Under the pieces are notes generated by a model that was not told the DNA's origin, made no database searches, and worked only from the letters and a program-made list of their open reading frames with translations. DNA of 40,821 bases from Candidatus Margulisiibacteriota bacterium (GTDB lineage: Bacteria > Margulisbacteria > WOR-1 > O2-12-FULL-45-9), in NCBI GenBank assembly GCA_034723395.1, contig JAYEOW010000026.1, positions 1-40,821 on the forward strand, in the 5' to 3' direction. Shown piece after piece: positions 1 to 7,413 of this stretch. The translations under genes and the position numbers were made by a program. Position 1 is the first letter of the stretch; the number at the start of each line of letters is the position of its first letter.

Positions 1-2
1 AT

Positions 3-2456
3 TTTGTTGACCCTTACATCGAAAGATCGCTTAAAGATAAACGGAACCTGGTCTATATCCGTTTTGCCAAACACGAACCCCTGATCAAAAATAAGCAGGG
101 CATAAAAATTTATAAGCTGGATGCGCGCAGCGGGTTTGAAACCTTTACCAAAGAGATCCACGAGATCATTGCCCGCGAAGGATTACAGGCCTTTTATGTT
201 TTTGACTGCCTAACCGAGCTTTTAAGCGCCTGGGCGACCGATCTGATGATCGGAAATTTCTTTATGGTTACTTGTCCCTATCTATTCAAGCTTGATACAA
301 TCGCTTATTTTGCCCTTTACCGTGATAACCATTCGTTTAAAACGATCGCGAGGATACGTGAAACAACCCAGTTACTGCTTGATGTCTATGACTTTGAAGA
401 TGAATTTTATGTCCAGCCGTTAAAGGTATGGAAGCGCTACTCGCCGACGATGTTCCTCCCCCATGTTGAAGAGAGAGATAAATTTATCCCAATTACCAGC
501 AGTGCCGATGCCACCAAGTTGTTTTCTTATATTTCCCGGAAGGGGGCGGAGAGTGCCGAGCGCAATCTTGACTACTGGGACCGTCTCTTTATCGGTGCGG
601 AGGAGCTCTCCCGGGAAGTTAACAGGGAAAAAGAAAAAAAAGAGATGCTGGATCGGCTCGATCGGATCATGCTCGGACGCGAAAAGCGGATGCTTTCTTT
701 AATTGACCAAAATTTAACTCTCGAAGACCTTTTGGCGATCAAGGCGCGAACTATCGGCACCGGTTTTATCGGTGGAAAGGCGCTGGGAATGCTGCTGGCG
801 CGAAAAATTCTTTCGCGGGATAAGTCGTTCGATTGGGGAAAAGTCCTTGAGCCGCACGATTCATTTTATATTGGTTCGGACCTCTTCTACACATATATGG
901 TGGAGAATGGCTGGTGGGAGCTTTGGCTCGAGCAGAAGACCAAGAGAGGGTATTTTGCCAAAGCGGCAGAGCTCCGCGAAAAAATATTGAGCGGGAAATT
1001 TACCCACGAGATCCGGGAGCAGTTTCGCCAAATCATCGAATATTTTGGCCAGTCGCCGATCATCGTTCGTTCCTCAAGCCTTTTGGAAGACGCCTTTGGC
1101 AACGCCTTCGCAGGGAAATACGAGAGTGTATTCGACGTTAACCAGGGATCTCCCGAAGAGCGTTACCAGCGTTTTGAAGCTATTATCCGCGAAGTCTATG
1201 CCAGCACGATGAACGAAGATGCGCTCGATTACCGCCTGCAGAGGGGGTTGAGCCAGCAGGACGAACAGATGGCCCTTTTGGTCCAGCGGGTATCGGGAAC
1301 CCACCGTGAAAATAGTTTCTTCCCTTTTATGGCCGGAGTCGGATTTTCTTACAACACCTTTGTCTGGCATAAGGAAATGGATCCCAAAGCGGGGATGCTT
1401 CGCCTGGTATTCGGGTTGGGGACGCGCGCGGTTAACCGGGTCGAGGGGGATTATCCAAGGATTGTGGCACTTGACCAGCCGCTAATGCGCCCGTACGCGG
1501 GGATGGAGAAGACAAAACGCTTTTCCCAGCATGATGTTGATGTTTTAAATATAAAAAATAACCGGTTGGAAACAGTCCCCCTGCAAAAATTATTACAGGA
1601 TGAGCCGGGAATCAACCTTGACCTGATCGGCCAGCGAGACGCGGAGGCAGAAAAGAAGCTGAAGGCGCTAAAGCTTAAAGGCCAGGCCTGGATCTTGACC
1701 TTTGACAAACTTTTGTCCGATACCGGTTTTTCAAAGACGATGCAGAGGATGTTAAAAACTTTGGAAGAGGCCTATCAATATCCGGTCGATATCGAATTTA
1801 CCGTCAATTACGGGCGCGAAGGTAACGCCCAGGTAAATCTGGTGCAGTGTAGGCCTTTACAAGCGAAGGGTGAAGTGGCGCAGGTTATGATCCCCGAAAA
1901 TATCCCGCAGGAAAAACTGGTCTTTTCATCCGCAGGGAATTTTATGGGTGGTAGTGTCTCCCAGTCGATCGGAAGGTTGATCTATGTTGATGCCGAGGCT
2001 TACCGCGATCTTTTAATGGGAAAAAAATTTGAAGTTGCGCGTATAATCGGCCGGATTAATAAGCAGAGTAAGGGAAAAAACACACTTTTGATCGGGCCGG
2101 GGAGGTGGGGAAGCCGTGATGCGACGCTGGGAGTGCCGGTAAACTTTGCGGAGATCAATAATGTTTCGGCATTGATCGAAGTGGATGACCCGGAAGGGGG
2201 CTTTATGCCCGATCTATCCTTTGGTTCTCACTTTTTCCTCGATCTGGTGGAGACCAATATCTTTTACACCGCGCTGTTTATGGATAATGAAAATGTATTT
2301 TTTAGAAAAGATTGGCTTGACGGCTTGACCAACAAACTTTCGGAAATAATCCCCGAAGCTAGGGGCTATGAGTCGGTGATCAGGATCCACGATTTTAGAA
2401 GTGAAATCAAGCTTCTCTCGGATGTGACGAGTCAGAGGGTTCTGTGTGTTAAGTAA
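3..2456 (+). CDS. PEP/pyruvate-binding (PPDK_N ATP-grasp) domain protein, 5'-partial; no PEP-utilising C-terminal barrel
   Basis: The frame is open from base 3 (FVDPYIERSLKDKRNLVYIRFAKH...VFDCLTELLSAWATDL) into the ORF-track protein, so the true start lies before the window. PPDK/PEPS nucleotide-binding motifs VRSSSLLED..FAGKYES, PVDIEF and VQCRPL are present. The C-terminal region has GPGRWGS and FGSHFF. Confidence 0.85.
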   Translation, partial: FVDPYIERSLKDKRNLVYIRFAKHEPLIKNKQGIKIYKLDARSGFETFTKEIHEIIAREGLQAFYVFDCLTELLSAWATDLMIGNFFMVTCPYLFKLDTIAYFALYRDNHSFKTIARIRETTQLLLDVYDFEDEFYVQPLKVWKRYSPTMFLPHVEERDKFIPITSSADATKLFSYISRKGAESAERNLDYWDRLFIGAEELSREVNREKEKKEMLDRLDRIMLGREKRMLSLIDQNLTLEDLLAIKARTIGTGFIGGKALGMLLARKILSRDKSFDWGKVLEPHDSFYIGSDLFYTYMVENGWWELWLEQKTKRGYFAKAAELREKILSGKFTHEIREQFRQIIEYFGQSPIIVRSSSLLEDAFGNAFAGKYESVFDVNQGSPEERYQRFEAIIREVYASTMNEDALDYRLQRGLSQQDEQMALLVQRVSGTHRENSFFPFMAGVGFSYNTFVWHKEMDPKAGMLRLVFGLGTRAVNRVEGDYPRIVALDQPLMRPYAGMEKTKRFSQHDVDVLNIKNNRLETVPLQKLLQDEPGINLDLIGQRDAEAEKKLKALKLKGQAWILTFDKLLSDTGFSKTMQRMLKTLEEAYQYPVDIEFTVNYGREGNAQVNLVQCRPLQAKGEVAQVMIPENIPQEKLVFSSAGNFMGGSVSQSIGRLIYVDAEAYRDLLMGKKFEVARIIGRINKQSKGKNTLLIGPGRWGSRDATLGVPVNFAEINNVSALIEVDDPEGGFMPDLSFGSHFFLDLVETNIFYTALFMDNENVFFRKDWLDGLTNKLSEIIPEARGYESVIRIHDFRSEIKLLSDVTSQRVLCVK

Positions 2457-2459
2457 AAC

Positions 2460-2489
2460 TTGACAACAGCTACAATATTGTATTACACT
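2460..2489 (+). promoter_or_regulatory. Putative sigma70 promoter of the sigma54 activator gene
   Basis: TTGACA (2460-2465), 18 nt, TACACT (2484-2489), just before ATG 2500. Confidence 0.6.
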
Positions 2490-2500
2490 ACAATGTTGTA
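2471..2500. promoter_or_regulatory. Tandem palindromic operators TACAATATTGTA and TACAATGTTGTA
   Basis: Perfect palindrome at 2471-2482 and near-perfect copy at 2489-2500. The same motif occurs twice upstream of glnA. Confidence 0.75.
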
Positions 2501-4008
2501 TGAGCCCGATGCGTGATGTGAAAGTAAAAGTCTTAGTCGAAGTCGGGGAGGCGCTCTCTTCTTCCCTCAATCTCGAAAGATCGCTCAGTTCTATCCTCGA
2601 TGTTCTTTCCGAATCGCTCGAAATGAAGCGCGGTACCATTACCCTGGTTGATCCGATGACAAATGAGTTGCGTATCGAGGTTGCTCAAGGTCTGACCAAG
2701 AAAGAAAAAGAGCGCGGGCATTATAAAATCGGCGAAGGGGTTACTGGTAAAGTAGTTGAATCCGGCGAGCCGATGGTGGTACACGATATCGAAACTGAAC
2801 CGCTCTTTTTGAACCGGACCCGGTCGCGAAAAGAGTTAAGAGAAAGAAAGTTTGCTTTCCTCTGTGTTCCGATCAAAGTCGGGACCAAGATCGTCGGTGC
2901 GTTATCGGTCGATCATCTTTTTAAAGGGAAGATCTCTTACGAAGAAGACATTAAACTTTTGACCATTATTGCTTCGATGGTGGGGCAGGCGGTGTTGATC
3001 CGCGACCTGGCGGAGAAAGAAAAGCAGGTGGTGGTAGCAGAAAATATTAAACTGCGCCAGCAACTTAAAGGGAAGTATAAATTTGGTAATGTTGTTTATA
3101 GTTCTACCGCGATGGAATCGGTCCTGGAAGGGGCTCGTCAGGTAGCAACGACCAATGCGACGGTTTTACTGCGTGGAGAGTCGGGGACAGGTAAGGAATT
3201 AGTTGCGGCGGCGATCCACTATTCGAGCCCGCGCGCGGATAAACCTTTTGTAAGGATTGCCTGTGCCGCATTGCCGGAAAATCTTTTGGAATCCGAGCTT
3301 TTTGGATATGAAAAAGGTGCTTTTACGGGGGCAATGGAGAGAAAGATCGGCCGTTTCGAGATGGCGGGCGGGGGGACGGTTTTTTTGGATGAGATCGGCG
3401 ATCTTTCGCCGTTGACACAGGTTAAATTGCTCCGCGTATTGCAGGAGAGAGAGTTTGAGCGGTTGGGTGGGACAGAGACGATTAAAGCGGATATCAGGAT
3501 CATTTGCGCGACGCATCAGAATTTGGAGAAGATGGTGAAGGAGCGCAAGTTCCGGGAAGATCTTTTTTACCGGATCAATGTTTTTCCGGTTGTTTTACCC
3601 CCTTTACGCGAGCGAAAGGAAGATATCCCGCTCTTGCTGGCGCATTTTACGCATAAGTATAACAAGGAGAGCAGCAAGAGTATTGAGGGGGTCAATCGGG
3701 CGGTGCTTGATATCCTGGTGGCACATGATTGGCCGGGCAATGTTCGCGAGCTCGAAAATGTGATTGAGCATGCGGTCGTTCTCTGCCAAAAAGAGCTGAT
3801 CTCTTCCCGCGATCTCCCCGCAAACCTTTCGCAAGGTGTGGTTGAAGTCAAGGCTAAAGGGACGACGCTCCCTAAAATCGTTGAATCGATCGAGAAGCAA
3901 AAGATAGTCGAAGCCCTGGCAAAACAGAAGACCCAAAAAAAAGCGGCGAAGGCGCTTGGAATTACCGAACGGATGCTAGGGTATAAGATTTCTAAATACG
4001 GGCTCTAA
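2500..4008 (+). CDS. NifA-like sigma54-dependent activator (GAF + AAA+ + Fis-type HTH)
   Basis: N-terminal GAF region, Walker A GESGTGKE, intact GAFTGA loop, [16 protein letters not shown], and C-terminal [19 protein letters not shown] helix-turn-helix. No receiver domain. Confidence 0.92.
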   Translation: MSPMRDVKVKVLVEVGEALSSSLNLERSLSSILDVLSESLEMKRGTITLVDPMTNELRIEVAQGLTKKEKERGHYKIGEGVTGKVVESGEPMVVHDIETEPLFLNRTRSRKELRERKFAFLCVPIKVGTKIVGALSVDHLFKGKISYEEDIKLLTIIASMVGQAVLIRDLAEKEKQVVVAENIKLRQQLKGKYKFGNVVYSSTAMESVLEGARQVATTNATVLLRGESGTGKELVAAAIHYSSPRADKPFVRIACAALPENLLESELFGYEKGAFTGAMERKIGRFEMAGGGTVFLDEIGDLSPLTQVKLLRVLQEREFERLGGTETIKADIRIICATHQNLEKMVKERKFREDLFYRINVFPVVLPPLRERKEDIPLLLAHFTHKYNKESSKSIEGVNRAVLDILVAHDWPGNVRELENVIEHAVVLCQKELISSRDLPANLSQGVVEVKAKGTTLPKIVESIEKQKIVEALAKQKTQKKAAKALGITERMLGYKISKYGL

Positions 4009-4082
4009 TCTGAGTCCGTCTCGATCCCCGTCCCGATATCGTTTTTTCTGAAATTTCTCATAGATAATACTGAAATAAAGGC

Positions 4083-4359
4083 ATGAAAGTGCCAGAATTC
4101 CTATATCACGGAACTGCGGCAATGTCAGTGTGGGCTTCGTACCACCACTGGCAGGCATTGGGAAAATTGCACAAGAAAGAGCCGCAACTGGTTGAGAAGC
4201 AGTTGCGGCCCTTATCTTCGCGATGTTGGTCTCTTGATGGAGCCAAAGGGGGAAGATGATTTTGTTGCGCGCTGTCTTTCCTGGCGAGTGATGAGGGAGA
4301 TTCTTTTAGTTTCTGCTTTAGATTCCCATCTCGGACTGCCCAAGCCGCCGGGAGCTTAG
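4083..4359 (+). pseudogene. Possible frameshifted small gene, unknown function
   Basis: ATG 4083 gives MKVPEFLYHGTAAM...EKQLRP (58-aa ORF, stop 4259). A shifted frame near 4210 continues YLRDVGLLMEPKGEDDFVARC...PPGA to TAG 4359. Confidence 0.35.
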
Positions 4360-4507
4360 TTGTCCCGACCTCTGCCCCGGATCTTTACTTGACCTTGAGG
4401 CGATTCGCTTTTCCATCCAACGCCGGTGCGGTTAGGTAGACCTTGTTGTTTTTAAACGTATTCTTCTTAGCCTTGGGAGCTACTTTAATGTCTAATTCCT
4501 TATCTAT
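4356..4507 (-). pseudogene. DUF167 (YggU/UPF0235) remnant with internal deletion and frameshift
   Basis: The minus strand translates to KELDIKVAPKAKKNTFKNNKVYLTAPALDGKANR, matching the intact copy at 17207-17419 (KTIEIKVVPNAKKNQFKNGKVYLTAPAVEGKANR). It stops early at 4385-4387. The tail QVKIRG..RDN is in another frame, and no ATG start is present. Confidence 0.8.
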
Positions 4508-4554
4508 TAATGGAGCTATGCCACAATTTCGTAGTTTTCCTTCGTAACCCCTCG

Positions 4555-4570
4555 TGGTAATAAAATTGCT
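4555..4570 (+). promoter_or_regulatory. Sigma54 -24/-12 promoter of the sORF-barrel-amtB-glnK operon
   Basis: TGGTAATAAAATTGCT, with GG (4556-57)-N10-GC (4568-69). 15/16 identical to the glnA promoter. Confidence 0.85.
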
Positions 4571-4613
4571 ATTACTAAGGTGTAACTAATTTTTATTAAA
4601 GGGGGGAAAGTAA

Positions 4614-4775
4614 ATGAGAACCATACATGAATTGCTGGATACGATTATTCCGTTCGTAGTTGTTCCGTACGAAGGCGTTGGAAAAGGAGTTCCGGAAAAG
4701 GCCGGGGGGCTGACGTATCTTCATGAATTGGAGCTGGAAGAGATTGATCTTGAGGAGGTGGTTCCCGATGAGTGA
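4614..4775 (+). CDS. Small acidic hypothetical protein (53 aa), below the ORF-track cutoff
   Basis: G-rich SD (AAAGGGGGGAAAG) before ATG 4614 gives MRTIHELLDTIIPFVVVPYEGVGKGVPEKAGGLTYLHELELEEIDLEEVVPDE*. It is the first ORF after the sigma54 promoter. Confidence 0.65.
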   Translation: MRTIHELLDTIIPFVVVPYEGVGKGVPEKAGGLTYLHELELEEIDLEEVVPDE

Positions 4776-4819
4776 TAAGCGCCAAAGGTGTCGAAATAAA
4801 CCGGGAAAGGATATTTAAA

Positions 4820-5497
4820 ATGAAAAAAATTATGTTTGCTTTTTTAATTAGTTTGATTTTGTTGACCAGGATGACTTTTGCCCTGGCGGACCTGAACGCG
4901 ACCTATGTTTCAAAATATATTTGGAGAGGATTTGATCTGAATGCCGCTCAGCCGGCAATCCAGCCCGGACTAACGATCGGTTTGGGGGATAGCGGAACCT
5001 CGTTGGGACTTTGGGGTTCCTATAATATAGGAGCCGGTACCCGACAGCTGACCGAATTGGACGCAACTCTTGATTATTCTTTATCCGTATCGGGAGTTGA
5101 TTATTCAATCGGCTACACTTATTATACTTTTCCAAATTTAACTGGAGCGGCAGCTAAAAGTGGAGAATTTTATGCTGGCGCTACCCTTGGGGAAGTACTG
5201 TTCAGCCCTGGCCTGACCATCTATTACGATCATGATCAAGGAGATGGTGTGTATGCCAGCCTGTCTGGAGGGTATGACTTGGCCATGATCTCTTCGAGTT
5301 TGGCAGTTGGCTATAACGCTGGGCAATGGGGAGCAAAGTCTGGCAGCATTGATATCGCTTTGGGGCTGTCATCAGAAATATCGGTTGGAGCGGCAACCGT
5401 TACCCCTTCAGTGAATTATGTGCTTGTCTCGGACACGAGCGTTAATCCTAATTCCAGTGAATTCTGGTTTGGGATTGATATTGCAGGAAGTATATAG
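4820..5497 (+). CDS. Outer-membrane beta-barrel protein, TIGR02001/TorF-like putative porin
   Basis: Signal peptide MKKIMFAFLISLILL, S.YIWRG and PAIQPG motifs, ELD..L.Y, alternating aromatic strands, located upstream of amtB-glnK. Start moved to ATG 4820 (SD GAAAGGA). Confidence 0.75.
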   Translation: MKKIMFAFLISLILLTRMTFALADLNATYVSKYIWRGFDLNAAQPAIQPGLTIGLGDSGTSLGLWGSYNIGAGTRQLTELDATLDYSLSVSGVDYSIGYTYYTFPNLTGAAAKSGEFYAGATLGEVLFSPGLTIYYDHDQGDGVYASLSGGYDLAMISSSLAVGYNAGQWGAKSGSIDIALGLSSEISVGAATVTPSVNYVLVSDTSVNPNSSEFWFGIDIAGSI

Positions 5498-5528
5498 AGG
5501 GTTACAATTTTATGCAGGAGGTGTAAAT

Positions 5529-6869
5529 ATGTTTGGGAAAATAAGCAGGATAGGGATTATCGTCTTTCTTTTTTTAATGCTTGGCTTGGGGACCGCATCT
5601 TTTGCTGAGGCAACTGCAGAATCAAATGCCCTGGCTATTAATACGGTTTGGACCTTGCTGGCAGCCTTTCTGGTTTTCTTTATGCAAGCGGGATTTGCCA
5701 TGGTTGAGACCGGCTTTACCCGGGCCAAGAATGCGGTCAATATTATGATGAAAAATTTACTGGATTTTTCAATTGGTTCGATTGCTTTCTGGCTGGTCGG
5801 TTTCGGGATCATGTTTGGTGCAAGTTTTATGGGATTTTTTGGGACTAGTGGTTTTTTCCTATCATCGGCTAATCCGGGAACCGCCGAAGGTTTGTGGCAG
5901 TATGCTTTCTGGATCTTCCAGGCGGTTTTCGCAGCTACGGCGGCTACCATTGTCTCTGGTGCTATGGCTGAACGAACGAAGTTTATCGGTTATCTGGTTT
6001 ATTCGGTTTTCATCACTGCTTTGATCTATCCGGTTGTTGGCCATTGGATCTGGGGGAGTGGCTGGTTAGCCAATCTAGGCATGCTTGATTTTGCCGGCTC
6101 TACTGTTGTGCATAGTGTTGGTGGTTGGGCTGCTTTGGCTGGCGCCATCGTTCTCGGACCACGCCTCGGAAAATATAATAAAGATGGTTCTTCCAATGCT
6201 ATTGCTGGTCATAGTATCCCGTTGGCAGCGCTTGGTGTGTTCATTTTGTGGTTTGGCTGGTTTGGATTTAACCCCGGATCAACAACTGCAGGGACCGATC
6301 TATCCATAGCCTTTATTGCCGTGAATACTAACCTGGCTGCAGCGGCAGGAGCTATCCTGGCGATGATTACGGTCTGGATAAAATATGGAAAGCCGGATGT
6401 CAGTATGACTCTCAATGGCGCCCTGGCCGGACTAGTTGCGGTTACGGCTCCGTGTGCTTTTGTCAGTCCGCTGAGTTCAATCATCATCGGTGCAATAGCT
6501 GGAATACTGGTTGTTTTGAGCGTAGAATTCATTGATAAGGTTTTACGCGTGGATGACCCGGTCGGTGCTATTTCGGTGCATGGTGTTTGTGGTGCTTTTG
6601 GGACATTAAGTCTTGGTCTCTTTGCCGAAAAGGCCTTTGGCGGAGTTAATGGTTTGTTTTTTGGCGGGGGATTTGCTCAATTCTGGGCTCAACTAGCGGG
6701 TGTCCTGGCTGTATTTGGATGGGTTTTTGCTACAGCGTTAATTCTTTTCATGGCCACCAAATACATAGTTGGTTTACGCGTAAGTAGAGAGGAAGAGCTG
6801 CGCGGTCTGGACATCGGCGAGCACGGCATGGAAGCTTATTCAGGCTTTCAGATTTTTACGACTCAGTAA
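5529..6869 (+). CDS. amtB: Ammonium transporter
   Basis: [69 protein letters not shown] before ATG 5529. Confidence 0.97.
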   Translation: MFGKISRIGIIVFLFLMLGLGTASFAEATAESNALAINTVWTLLAAFLVFFMQAGFAMVETGFTRAKNAVNIMMKNLLDFSIGSIAFWLVGFGIMFGASFMGFFGTSGFFLSSANPGTAEGLWQYAFWIFQAVFAATAATIVSGAMAERTKFIGYLVYSVFITALIYPVVGHWIWGSGWLANLGMLDFAGSTVVHSVGGWAALAGAIVLGPRLGKYNKDGSSNAIAGHSIPLAALGVFILWFGWFGFNPGSTTAGTDLSIAFIAVNTNLAAAAGAILAMITVWIKYGKPDVSMTLNGALAGLVAVTAPCAFVSPLSSIIIGAIAGILVVLSVEFIDKVLRVDDPVGAISVHGVCGAFGTLSLGLFAEKAFGGVNGLFFGGGFAQFWAQLAGVLAVFGWVFATALILFMATKYIVGLRVSREEELRGLDIGEHGMEAYSGFQIFTTQ

Positions 6870-6883
6870 AGGAGGTATTAAAC

Positions 6884-7225
6884 ATGAAACTTATAATAGC
6901 TATGATCCAGCCCGAAAAACTGCCGGATGTTAAAAAGACGTTATTTGATGCCGAAGTGCATAAGATGACTGTAACCAATGTGGTCGGCTGTGGTCAACAG
7001 AAGGGATTTACCGAGACTTACCGAGGGGTAGTTCATGAAGTTAATCTTTTAAAAAAGGTTCGCCTTGATATCGCAGTCAATGATGAGTATGTTAAGCAAA
7101 CGGTGGACGCGATTATGAAAGGGGCGCGTACCGGCAAGATCGGCGATGGGAAGATCTTTGTGCTTCCCCTTGAAGAATGTTACCGGATCCGTACCGGTGA
7201 AACGGATGGGGATGCGATTGGATAA
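6884..7225 (+). CDS. glnK: P-II nitrogen regulatory protein (amt-linked, GlnK type)
   Basis: G.GQQKG, YRG T-loop, K58, [27 protein letters not shown]; directly follows amtB. Confidence 0.93.
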   Translation: MKLIIAMIQPEKLPDVKKTLFDAEVHKMTVTNVVGCGQQKGFTETYRGVVHEVNLLKKVRLDIAVNDEYVKQTVDAIMKGARTGKIGDGKIFVLPLEECYRIRTGETDGDAIG

Positions 7226-7243
7226 CAACCTCATTTCCTTTTG

Positions 7244-7274
7244 TCCCCCTCTCCATTGAAAATGGAGAGGGGGA
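7244..7274. repeat. Perfect 14-bp hairpin palindromic element; may terminate or stabilise the amtB-glnK transcript
   Basis: TCCCCCTCTCCATT-GAA-AATGGAGAGGGGGA. No clear U-tract on the + strand. Confidence 0.75.
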
Positions 7275-7298
7275 AACCCGAGCGGCGCGAGGCAATAT

Positions 7299-7340
7299 TA
7301 CAATAATGTAGCTATGAGTATCAAAAACTACAATAATGTA
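7299..7340. promoter_or_regulatory. Two identical TACAATAATGTA boxes (putative upstream activator sites) before glnA
   Basis: Copies at 7299-7310 and 7329-7340, 30 bp apart, upstream of the sigma54 promoter. Confidence 0.8.
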
Positions 7341-7370
7341 TGTTAATGGCTTGATTTTAAGGGAATTTTC

Positions 7371-7386
7371 TGGTAATAAGATTGCT
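7371..7386 (+). promoter_or_regulatory. Sigma54 -24/-12 promoter of glnA
   Basis: TGGTAATAAGATTGCT, with GG (7372-73)-N10-GC (7384-85). Confidence 0.85.
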
Positions 7387-7413
7387 TATAATAAGTTAAA
7401 GGAGAGTGCAAAC

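Noticed and set aside
2500..4008. Calling the activator nifA and inferring nitrogen fixation
   Set aside because: There are no nif genes in the window and I saw no TGT-N10-ACA sites at the two sigma54 promoters; only the architecture is NifA-like.
4010..4038. Short degenerate tandem CCGTCTCGAT / CCGTCCCGAT
   Set aside because: Only two imperfect units and no other support.
4481..4492. TACTTTAATGTC as an additional operator box
   Set aside because: It lies inside the DUF167 remnant and is explained by its codons (DIKV).
5503..5514. TACAATTTTATG before amtB as an operator
   Set aside because: Only the left half-site matches, and there is no promoter nearby.
7226..7413. Glutamine riboswitch upstream of glnA
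   Set aside because: The sigma54 promoter implies a 5' UTR of only about 17 nt, and the hairpin lies upstream of the promoter.
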